From the NCBI GenBank assembly GCA_017938055.1, contig JAGBCG010000120.1, forward strand, positions 1 to 24,051: 24,051 nucleotides of DNA, in the 5' to 3' direction. Made by a program: the position numbers and the translations under genes. Shown one piece after another: positions 9,676 through 17,708 of this stretch (position 1 is the first letter of the stretch; every line of letters begins with the position of its first letter). The DNA comes from Clostridia bacterium (GTDB taxonomy: Bacteria; Bacillota; Clostridia; Oscillospirales; CAG-382). The notes beneath the pieces are model-generated. The model saw only the letters and a program-made list of their open reading frames with translations, did no database searches and was not told the DNA's origin.

Positions 9676-9704
9676 AATATAACATTAATCAAATTTTCTG
9701 TCAA
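9676..9704 (-). promoter_or_regulatory. Sigma-A promoter of the araC-family gene
   Basis: Minus strand TTGACA-17 nt-TATATT with extended -10 TG. Confidence 0.8.
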
Positions 9705-9747
9705 GATATTTGTGCTAAAAGTGCAATAAATTAGATAGAATTGTTTC

Positions 9748-9776
9748 TTGTAATAAAAAACTTTCAATGCTATAAT
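9748..9776 (+). promoter_or_regulatory. Sigma-A promoter of the catabolic operon
   Basis: TTGTAA (9748-9753)-17 nt-TATAAT (9771-9776) with extended -10 TG. Confidence 0.8.
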
Positions 9777-9813
9777 GATGTTGAATAAAGAAAATTACCT
9801 GGAGGCAGAAAAT

Positions 9814-10866
9814 ATGAATAAGATTAAACTCAGTACCCTTAAAAGCTTTTGCGAAGAAGCACTTGTAAAATCAGGTGTGTCCAAACAAAATGCACAAATG
9901 GTTGCCGACACCCTCATAACCACCGATACCTTTGGTGTTATGACACACGGAACAAAAAATCTTAACCAGTACATTCAGAAAATGAATGCCGGCGGACTTG
10001 ATGCTAAAGCTGAACCTGTTGTTGAGGTACAAGGTCCTGCTTTTGCCATTATAAACGGCAACAAAGCAATCGGCATGGTATCTGCCTGCAAGGCTATGAA
10101 GCTGGCTATCGAAAAGGCAAAGCAAACAGGTATTGCATACGTAGGTGTAAAGAACAGCTGTCACTTCGGTGCGGCAGGTTATTATGCAAATCTTGCAGCT
10201 AAAGAAGGCATGATCGGCCTTGCTATGAGTAATGCAGACCCTGTAATCGCAGTTCCCGGCGGAAGAAGCAAAGCAATAGGAACAAATCCCTTTTCTTTTG
10301 CTGCACCCACAGCGGACGGAAAAAGTGTATTTCTTGATATTGCACTCAGCAATGTTGCAGCACTTAAAGTTATTATGGCACAGGAAAAGAATCAGGCAAT
10401 TCCTGACACCTGGCTTGTGGACGAAGAAGGTATTCCCACAAATGATGCTTTTAAATTCCCCAAAAATGCAAGTCTGCAGCCCATGGGTGCACACAAGGGT
10501 TATGGTTTGGCAGTTCTTGTAGAATTGTTGTCATCTGTTATGACAGGTGCAGGTATTTTGAGTCAGGTGACAAGCTGGAATCTGGATCTTTCATCTACAA
10601 ATAATGCAGGTCATGCTTTTATTGCCATTGATATATCCCAGATGATGCCCAAAGACGTGTTTAATTCACGCATGACTCAAATGATAGATGAATTAAAGAA
10701 CGGACCTAAAGCAAAGGGTGCTGAAAAAATATTGTTGCCCGGCGAAATGGAATGGGCTAAGAGAGAGCAGGCACTTGAGTCAGGTGAGCTGGTTCTTACA
10801 GATGCTATGGCAGCAAGTCTTCAGCAGCTTGCAGCTTCTACAGGTCTGGCACTTGAATTGTATTAA
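9814..10866 (+). CDS. Ldh_2 family NAD(P)-dependent oxidoreductase (type 2 malate/L-lactate/sulfolactate dehydrogenase family)
   Basis: GVMTHG, NSCHFGAAGYY, GTNPFSFAAP, LDIALS, GAHKGYGL, LLPGE. Start reassigned to ATG 9814 behind GGAGG (9801-9805). Confidence 0.92.
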   Translation: MNKIKLSTLKSFCEEALVKSGVSKQNAQMVADTLITTDTFGVMTHGTKNLNQYIQKMNAGGLDAKAEPVVEVQGPAFAIINGNKAIGMVSACKAMKLAIEKAKQTGIAYVGVKNSCHFGAAGYYANLAAKEGMIGLAMSNADPVIAVPGGRSKAIGTNPFSFAAPTADGKSVFLDIALSNVAALKVIMAQEKNQAIPDTWLVDEEGIPTNDAFKFPKNASLQPMGAHKGYGLAVLVELLSSVMTGAGILSQVTSWNLDLSSTNNAGHAFIAIDISQMMPKDVFNSRMTQMIDELKNGPKAKGAEKILLPGEMEWAKREQALESGELVLTDAMAASLQQLAASTGLALELY

Positions 10867-10906
10867 TAAACAATAAAAATCATTATATTATAAGGAGATA
10901 ATTGAC

Positions 10907-11569
10907 ATGGAAAAGACAATGTACGGTATTTTAAAGACAACAGGTATTTGTCCAATTATGGTAGCACCCGAATTAGACTTTGCTGCAGATGCAGCACGTG
11001 CCATTGCAGAGGGAGGACTTCCCGTATGTGAGGTTTTGCTTCACAGAGATGAAAACTCACTTAACAGAATTAAGAAAATTGCTCTTGAAGCAACAGAGGT
11101 AACAGTTGGTGCAGGCTCGGTAATTTCTATAAGAGATGCCAAAGAAGCAATCGATGCAGGAGCAAAATTCTTTGTTTCTCCCGGATTTGTACCGGAGGTT
11201 GTTGAATTTGCTTTGAAGAAGAACATCCCGATTTTGCCCGGCTGCGTTACAGCAAGCGATATTTCATTGGCACTTAATTACGGAATAAACATTCTGAAGT
11301 TTTTCCCTGTTTATCAGCTTGGCGGAAAAGACACTCTTGCTCAGTATCACGGCGGTCCGTTCGGAAATGTTGAATGGGTTGTTACCGGCGGACTTAACGG
11401 AAACAACTTCTTGCCCTTTGCTGAAATAGATTATGTTCTGGCTTCGGGCGGTGACTGGATGTTTGCTGAAAACAATGCTATCAATGACAAAAATTATGAG
11501 CAGATTGTTCTCAACATGCGTAAAACAATCAAGGACGTTTTAAATCTACGTGCTCAAAAAAAGAACTAA
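10907..11569 (+). CDS. KDPG/KHG aldolase (Eda)-like class I aldolase
   Basis: GGLPVCEV, VGAGSV, GAKFFVSPG, PILPG, LKFFP (Schiff-base Lys), GPF, TGG, GGDW. Confidence 0.88.
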   Translation: MEKTMYGILKTTGICPIMVAPELDFAADAARAIAEGGLPVCEVLLHRDENSLNRIKKIALEATEVTVGAGSVISIRDAKEAIDAGAKFFVSPGFVPEVVEFALKKNIPILPGCVTASDISLALNYGINILKFFPVYQLGGKDTLAQYHGGPFGNVEWVVTGGLNGNNFLPFAEIDYVLASGGDWMFAENNAINDKNYEQIVLNMRKTIKDVLNLRAQKKN

Positions 11570-11624
11570 GCATCCGTATTTGATACTCTCTTACATATAT
11601 GTAACGTTTTAAAAGGAGAAAGAT

Positions 11625-12473
11625 ATGAATAGCATACAGGATACATTCAGAACATACAACGGTGTTGAAATACCATGTATGGGACTTGGAACCTGGCAAT
11701 CAAAGGACGAGGTTGCCAGAATATCGGTGCTCTGTGCACTTTCTCACGGCTATCGACTTGTGGATACTGCAGCCGCTTACGGAAATGAACGTGGCGTAGG
11801 TGCAGGCATAAAAGACAGCGGACTTGCGAGAGAAGAAATTTTCATTACAAGTAAGCTTCGTAATGCCGACCATGGATATAAAGCTACTCTTGACGCATTT
11901 GATTTGACTATGGAAAAGCTTGGACTTGACTATCTTGACCTTTATCTTATTCATTGGCCGAATCCTGTTCAATTCCGTTCAACCTGGAAAAAAGCTATGC
12001 AGGACACCTGGAGAGCTTTTGAAGAGCTTTATAATGCGGGCAGAATCCGTGCAATAGGCATAAGCAATTTTATGCCCCACCATATAGAAGCTTTAATGGA
12101 AAGTGCAAAAATCAAGCCGATGGTTAATCAGTTAAAGCTTTGCCCGGGAATTACACAGAGTTCGGTTGTTGAATATTGCAAGAAAAACGAAATAGTTGTT
12201 GAAGCATACAGCCCCTTTGGAACAGGTGCAATTTTTACTTCCGATGAAATGAAAAATTTATCTCAAAAATATAACAAGTCTATCGGTCAGCTTTGTCTGA
12301 GATGGTGCTTACAAAAAGGCTTTGTGTCGCTGCCTAAATCCGCAAACCCCATGAGAATTAAAGAAAATACAGAAATATTTGATTTTGAGCTTTCTGCACA
12401 GGACATGAATATTATCTCTTGTCTTGAAGGAATATGCGGCGAAGCTCCCGATCCTGACAATATTCTGTTCTAG
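11625..12473 (+). CDS. Aldo/keto reductase (2,5-diketo-D-gluconate reductase-like)
   Basis: GLGTWQ, catalytic tetrad intact (DTAAAY, TSKL, LIHWP), IGISNF, AYSPFG, LPKSANPMRIKEN. Confidence 0.93.
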   Translation: MNSIQDTFRTYNGVEIPCMGLGTWQSKDEVARISVLCALSHGYRLVDTAAAYGNERGVGAGIKDSGLAREEIFITSKLRNADHGYKATLDAFDLTMEKLGLDYLDLYLIHWPNPVQFRSTWKKAMQDTWRAFEELYNAGRIRAIGISNFMPHHIEALMESAKIKPMVNQLKLCPGITQSSVVEYCKKNEIVVEAYSPFGTGAIFTSDEMKNLSQKYNKSIGQLCLRWCLQKGFVSLPKSANPMRIKENTEIFDFELSAQDMNIISCLEGICGEAPDPDNILF

Positions 12474-12482
12474 GGCATCGAT

Positions 12483-13946
12483 ATGAGAATTAAAAACAAA
12501 GAAAAGCTCACCTCTCATTCAAATGTATACGGCAGAAAAATAGTTACCGAGCTTCTGGATGCAGGACTTGATGCTCTTGACCCGTACTTTAGAGTAAAAC
12601 AGTTCATTAAGGTTGAAAACAATAAGATTATACTCAACAATGAGGGCTTTGAGATGAAAGACGATCCTCATTCGGGACCCGTTGAATTTAATCTTAAAGA
12701 TTATGACAGAGTTTTCCTGTTTGGTGCAGCAAAAGGTATACAACGTGCAGCACTTGCTTTTGAAGAAGTTCTTGGCGACATTTTAACAGCCGGCCACGTT
12801 ATTGGCAAGCACGGAGAAGAAATTATATGCAAAAAGATAGGTGTAACATTGGCAGGACACCCTGTTCCTGACAGCTTTTGTGTTGAAGGTTGTAAAAAAA
12901 TCGAAGAGCTTCTGAAAGATGTCACCGAGCGTGATTTGGTATTTTCCATTTTTGGCAGCGGCTGCGGCTCTCTTTTCACTTATCCTGCAGGAAATATTAC
13001 GATTGACGATATTTCCCGCTTCACAAGGATGATGCAGATTGAAAAAGGTGTGCCCACAAGTGATTTGAATCAGATACGAACTCATATTGACCGCTTTAAA
13101 GGTGGAAGAATTACACGTGTGATTAAAAAAGCAACTCATGTATGTACGGTTACTGCCGATCCCTCAAAAATGGCAACTCCCGTTACCAGAGTGCCGTATT
13201 TCGAAATGCTTAAAACCAACACCTTTTTCCCAACAGTAGCAACGGCTTCAACATATGATGATTGTATAAACATAATCAACAAATGGGACGCATGGGATGA
13301 AACGCCTGATTCCATAAAAGAGCACTTGCTTTCAGGCACGTGCGAAACGGAAAACATGTCGGTGGAAGAATTTGAAACATATGGCTGTCGATTTTTTGGC
13401 TTGATTTTCAAGGATTCAACAGTATATCCCGCTGTCAGAAAAAAAGCCGCTGAAATGGGGCTTAAATGTATAATGCTTTCGGAATATATGGAAGCTGAAG
13501 CATGTCAGGCAGGGTTTGTTGACGGAAACCTGGCATTATGCTGTGAGAGAATGGGCGAGCCGTTCAGTGCACCTGTAGTTTTAATGTCCTCGGGAGAAAA
13601 TGTCGTTACTGTGGGCAAGGAAAAGGGCGTGGGTGGAAGAAACCAGGAATATTGTCTTGGTGCTGCCTTAAGAATTGCAGGAAGTGAAAAAATAGTTATT
13701 GGTGCTGTAGACACTGACGGAACAGACGGTCCGGGAGGCTTTTGTTACAAAGGAGCACCAAGCTGTCTTTCAGGAGCCGTTATAGATGGCTTTACGGCTT
13801 GTATTGCAAAAGAAAAAAACATTGATTTATGGAATGCCTTGAAAACCCACGGAACAAGCGAGCCGCTTTGGCTTCTTGACAGTGCTGTGGAAGCGGTTAC
13901 AGGTGTTTCAGCACTCGACTTGAGAATAATTTTTATAGGAGATTAA
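12483..13946 (+). CDS. Class II (MOFRL/DUF4147) glycerate 2-kinase-like protein
   Basis: GHPVPD, SDLNQIRTHI...KGG, GGRNQE, DTDGTDG, C-terminal motif equivalent to TGTNVxD (TGVSALD). Confidence 0.85.
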   Translation: MRIKNKEKLTSHSNVYGRKIVTELLDAGLDALDPYFRVKQFIKVENNKIILNNEGFEMKDDPHSGPVEFNLKDYDRVFLFGAAKGIQRAALAFEEVLGDILTAGHVIGKHGEEIICKKIGVTLAGHPVPDSFCVEGCKKIEELLKDVTERDLVFSIFGSGCGSLFTYPAGNITIDDISRFTRMMQIEKGVPTSDLNQIRTHIDRFKGGRITRVIKKATHVCTVTADPSKMATPVTRVPYFEMLKTNTFFPTVATASTYDDCINIINKWDAWDETPDSIKEHLLSGTCETENMSVEEFETYGCRFFGLIFKDSTVYPAVRKKAAEMGLKCIMLSEYMEAEACQAGFVDGNLALCCERMGEPFSAPVVLMSSGENVVTVGKEKGVGGRNQEYCLGAALRIAGSEKIVIGAVDTDGTDGPGGFCYKGAPSCLSGAVIDGFTACIAKEKNIDLWNALKTHGTSEPLWLLDSAVEAVTGVSALDLRIIFIGD

Positions 13947-13948
13947 AT

Positions 13949-15250
13949 ATGTTTGGTACAATAATTAAATCCGTTAAAGCATATCAGGTTTATACCAACA
14001 GAGGCAAGCCCGGCGTTGAAGTAATAGTTACCACCGAAAACGGAGCACAAGGACGAGCTATGTGTACTTCGGGAGTTTCAATAGGAACTCATGAAGTTGA
14101 TTTTACCTTCGACGGCGGAACAAAGTTTGGCGGCAAGGGTGTAACTCAGGCAGCTAAAAGAGTTGAAGATATAATTGCACCGGTGATTATCGGCATGGAT
14201 TCTGCAAATCAGGCAGAGGTTGATGCGGCAATTTTAAACATCTATCCCGATGAAAAGGTAAGACTTGGAGGTAATGCTGTTGCTGCAACAAGTGCTGCAG
14301 TACTTAAAGCAGGTGCAAATTCCCTTGGAATTCCTCTTTATCGTCATATAGGGGGAGCTGGTGCTATGTATCTTCCTGTTCCAGGTGTAGCCATGGTTGC
14401 CGGTGACGAGCGTTATGGCGGAGGAATAACTACCCCCGGCGGAAAGCCCACAATGTCTGTTATGGCATTTGGCTTTGATACTTTTTCTGATGCCTCCTAT
14501 GCGTGCTGGGAAGTACATACACGTTGGGCAGAAAAGATGAAAAAGCTGTTCGGTGGACTTCCAAATATCCGCGATTTTATCTCAATTCCCCAAGGAATAT
14601 ATAAGTCCGACAGGGAAATATGGGAAGAAATGCTCAAAACTATTATTGAAGCAGGTTATGAGGGAAAAATGGGCTTCCAGATGGATGTTGCAACAGATAC
14701 ATATCACAACAAACAGGATGATAAATACTATGGTCTGTTTGACAACACACCCAAAACAAAAGAACAGCTTTTTGATTTTTACATGCAGATTATTAAAGAC
14801 TATCCGTTTGTCATCATAGAAGACCCATTTAATGAGGACGATTACGATGCAACAGCACTTCTGACTAAGGAAAGCGGTATTCAAATAGTGGGTGACGATT
14901 TATTTACCACAAATCCCAAGCGTGTTGCTTATGGAATTTCAAAGGGAGCTGCAAACACCGTTCTGTTAAAGGTAAACCAGGTGGGTAGTATATCCGAGGC
15001 TCTTGACATGATTCAATATGCTTACAAATTCGGCTATGGTGTAATGCCCTCAGACAGCCGTGGAGAAGGAGAATCTATTGCTGACTATGCAGTAGGTATA
15101 AATGCAGGTTCAATACGTGAAAGTGCAATAGGGCCAAGAGGAAACAGATTCTTGGAAATTGAAAAAGAGCTTGGCTCGTCTGCAAAATTTATGGGTGCAC
15201 GCTCACTTAAGGGATTTCGTAACATTATGAGAGCAGACGGTAAATTATAA
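13949..15250 (+). CDS. Divergent enolase homologue (probably not a canonical 2-phosphoglycerate dehydratase)
   Basis: Enolase fold motifs RGKPGVE, SGVSIG, GGKGV, MDVA, IEDPF, VGDDLFTTN, LLKVNQVG are present, but several catalytic and phosphate-binding residues are substituted (see findings). Confidence 0.85.
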   Translation: MFGTIIKSVKAYQVYTNRGKPGVEVIVTTENGAQGRAMCTSGVSIGTHEVDFTFDGGTKFGGKGVTQAAKRVEDIIAPVIIGMDSANQAEVDAAILNIYPDEKVRLGGNAVAATSAAVLKAGANSLGIPLYRHIGGAGAMYLPVPGVAMVAGDERYGGGITTPGGKPTMSVMAFGFDTFSDASYACWEVHTRWAEKMKKLFGGLPNIRDFISIPQGIYKSDREIWEEMLKTIIEAGYEGKMGFQMDVATDTYHNKQDDKYYGLFDNTPKTKEQLFDFYMQIIKDYPFVIIEDPFNEDDYDATALLTKESGIQIVGDDLFTTNPKRVAYGISKGAANTVLLKVNQVGSISEALDMIQYAYKFGYGVMPSDSRGEGESIADYAVGINAGSIRESAIGPRGNRFLEIEKELGSSAKFMGARSLKGFRNIMRADGKL

Positions 15251-15266
15251 TTCTGGAGGGATTAAT

Positions 15267-16694
15267 TTGTTTAAACAGTATATTAACGGACAGCTTGTAG
15301 ATGGCAAAGGCAAGGCAATGAATGTATATGACCCGGCAACAGATGAAATTGTTGATGTGGTTGGATGTGCTGACAAAGAACAGACACTGGAAGCATTAAA
15401 TGCAGCAAAAGAAGCCTTTAATTCATGGTCAAAAGTTCCGGTAAGTGAGAGGGCAAAATGGCTTTACAAGTTCAGAGAAGCATGTGTACAAGAGCGTGAT
15501 ACTTTAGTTGAGCTTGTAATGAAAGAGTCAGGACGTCCATATGCTGCTGCATGCGGAGATGTTGACTGGCTTCTTACCAGCTTATCATATTATGCAGAGG
15601 AAGCAAAGAGAATTAATGGTACCATTCTGCCCAGCATTATGGTAGGTGACAAAGTAAATCACCACATGATTGCTAAAGAACCGGTAGGTGTAACGGTGGC
15701 ACATCTTGCATGGAACTATCCTCTTGGCAACGCAGGTATAAAGCTTGCACCGGCAATCGCTTCAGGCTGTGCTTGCATAATCAAGCCCTCAAGCCAGACA
15801 CCTCTTGCTACTTTGTATCTTGGTGTCATTGCAGAAAAAATAGGCTTCCCAAAAGGTGTACTCAATATTTTGGCAGGCCCCTCCGGTGAAGTTGCAAAAA
15901 CACTCAATGAAAGCAATATTCCAAGACTTATCTCCCTCATCGGCTCATACGAAACGGGTCTTAAGCTTATGCAACAGGCTTCTACCTCTGTAAAACGCTT
16001 TTCTCTTGAATTGGGTGGTAATGCTCCGGTTGTTGTTATGCCCGATGCAGACCTTGACGAAACTGCTGCAAATATTGTGGCAAAAAAAGTTGGCTTTGCC
16101 GGACAAACCTGTGTAAACTACAACAGAATTTACATTCACAAAGATATATATGAAGTTATGTGCGACAAGATAGCCAAAGAGCTTTCAAAGGTTAAGCTTG
16201 GAAAGCATAAAGACGAGGGTTATGTAATGGGTCCTGTAATTGACCTGCAGGCACGTGACAGAATGTTAGAGCTTATTGAACAGGCAAAGCAGAATGGTGC
16301 TACACTCGTTATGGGTGGTGAAGTGCCGGCAAATCAAAAAGGCAGCTATATAACACCTGCTTTACTCAAGGATGTAAATGACAGCATGAGAGTATCCACT
16401 GAGGAAATATTCGGACCGATTATCCCTGTTCAGCCCTTTAGCACCATTGATGAGGCGATTGAAAAGTCCAACAACACCATCTTCGGCTTATCAGCATACT
16501 TCTTTGGACACAATGCACAACAAATGACACGCTACATCGAAGGAGTTAAGGCGGGAGAAATATTTGTAAACGGCGGTATTGGCAGCGAGTTTACTCCTCA
16601 TGCGGGTGCAAAACAATCGGGTATTGGTTGTGATAAGTCAAAAGACTCACTGGAAGAATACTACGATATCAAGTTTATATCACTTATTTCATAA
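15267..16694 (+). CDS. NAD(P)-dependent aldehyde dehydrogenase (GabD/AldA-like)
   Basis: WNYP, KPSSQTP (like the NADP-type KPASQTP of E. coli GabD), LELGGNAP, AGQTC, EEIFGP. TTG start behind GGAGG. Confidence 0.93.
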   Translation: MFKQYINGQLVDGKGKAMNVYDPATDEIVDVVGCADKEQTLEALNAAKEAFNSWSKVPVSERAKWLYKFREACVQERDTLVELVMKESGRPYAAACGDVDWLLTSLSYYAEEAKRINGTILPSIMVGDKVNHHMIAKEPVGVTVAHLAWNYPLGNAGIKLAPAIASGCACIIKPSSQTPLATLYLGVIAEKIGFPKGVLNILAGPSGEVAKTLNESNIPRLISLIGSYETGLKLMQQASTSVKRFSLELGGNAPVVVMPDADLDETAANIVAKKVGFAGQTCVNYNRIYIHKDIYEVMCDKIAKELSKVKLGKHKDEGYVMGPVIDLQARDRMLELIEQAKQNGATLVMGGEVPANQKGSYITPALLKDVNDSMRVSTEEIFGPIIPVQPFSTIDEAIEKSNNTIFGLSAYFFGHNAQQMTRYIEGVKAGEIFVNGGIGSEFTPHAGAKQSGIGCDKSKDSLEEYYDIKFISLIS

Positions 16695-16708
16695 AAGGAG
16701 ACAGAAAC

Positions 16709-17686
16709 TTGAACAAAACTATTGATTTGATTGGTTTCGGAGATCCGTATCTGGATCTTGTTGTAAAGCTTAACAGACTGCCGCAAACCAACAAAAATAC
16801 TACAATAAACGACTATGGTTTTCAGGGCGGCGGCAATGTGCCCACCGCTTGTGTGGCAGCGGCAAGGCTTGGTCTTAAAACAAGTCTTATAGGCTGTGTG
16901 GGAAATGATTTGTTTGGTAAAATTTCTCTTTCTGACTTAGAGTATAACAATGTAAACATCTCAAAAATGAGTGTTCAGAACGAGAAAAAAAGCAATTTCT
17001 GCATATGTGTTACCGAAGATGAAGTGAACGGGAAAGAGTTTATAAGCAAGCCCGGTGATTTTTCTCCAATCACAGAGCAGGAAATAGACGAGGAGTTTTT
17101 CGCATCCACAAGAATGATGCACGTAGCTCTCATTACTCCTGCTGTGGCAAAGGCTTGTGACATTGTACACAAGCATGGCGGTAAAATCAGTGTAGATGCA
17201 AACTATTATCGTGCGTATACATATGATTATTACGATAAAATAGATATATTTATCGGCTCTGAGCTTTACTATGACTCTTTTTGCCAGGACAAAGGACTTG
17301 ACAGAAATGAATATGCAAAAAATATGCTTCTTTTAAAGTCGTTTGGCCCTGAGATTGTTATTTTCACCTTTGGTCCTGAGGGCTGCCGCGGCATTTACGA
17401 GGATAAGTATTTTGAAATACCTGCTTTTGACGTTGAGGTTGTTGATACAACAGGTGCGGGAGACGTTTTCCATGGAGCATTTGACTATGGATATTTGCAG
17501 GGCTGGGATGTTGAAAAATGTGCTGTTTTTTCCAGTGCTGTTTCTGCTATTAAATGCACCCGTCCCGGCGGTCGAAGCGGTATACCAACATTAGATGTTG
17601 TAACAAAATATCTTGAAACCGGAATTATAGATTATAGTGAGATTGATAAGCGAGTAAAACATTATGAAAGCGGTATATTAATCTGA
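16709..17686 (+). CDS. PfkB/ribokinase family sugar kinase
   Basis: GGGNVPTACVAAARLG, VGNDLFG, VDTTGAGDVFHGAF signature, KCTRPGGRSGIP. TTG start behind AGGAG. Confidence 0.93.
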   Translation: MNKTIDLIGFGDPYLDLVVKLNRLPQTNKNTTINDYGFQGGGNVPTACVAAARLGLKTSLIGCVGNDLFGKISLSDLEYNNVNISKMSVQNEKKSNFCICVTEDEVNGKEFISKPGDFSPITEQEIDEEFFASTRMMHVALITPAVAKACDIVHKHGGKISVDANYYRAYTYDYYDKIDIFIGSELYYDSFCQDKGLDRNEYAKNMLLLKSFGPEIVIFTFGPEGCRGIYEDKYFEIPAFDVEVVDTTGAGDVFHGAFDYGYLQGWDVEKCAVFSSAVSAIKCTRPGGRSGIPTLDVVTKYLETGIIDYSEIDKRVKHYESGILI

Positions 17687-17708
17687 ACAACAAGAAAGGA
17701 ATGATTTT

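Noticed and set aside
9871-10494. 207-aa antisense ORF, and other shadow ORFs in the track (e.g. 539-907, 5394-5972, 12783-13139, 19337-19741)
   Set aside because: They lie antisense or out of frame within well-supported genes and have no recognisable motifs or RBS.
11600-11614. CcpA cre site (TGTAACGTTTTAAA)
   Set aside because: One base short of the TGWAANCGNTNWCA spacing with a mismatched right end; not supportable.
13949-15250. Calling this the housekeeping enolase (eno)
   Set aside because: The general acid, His loop and HRS phosphate motif are substituted, and the context is an accessory catabolic operon.
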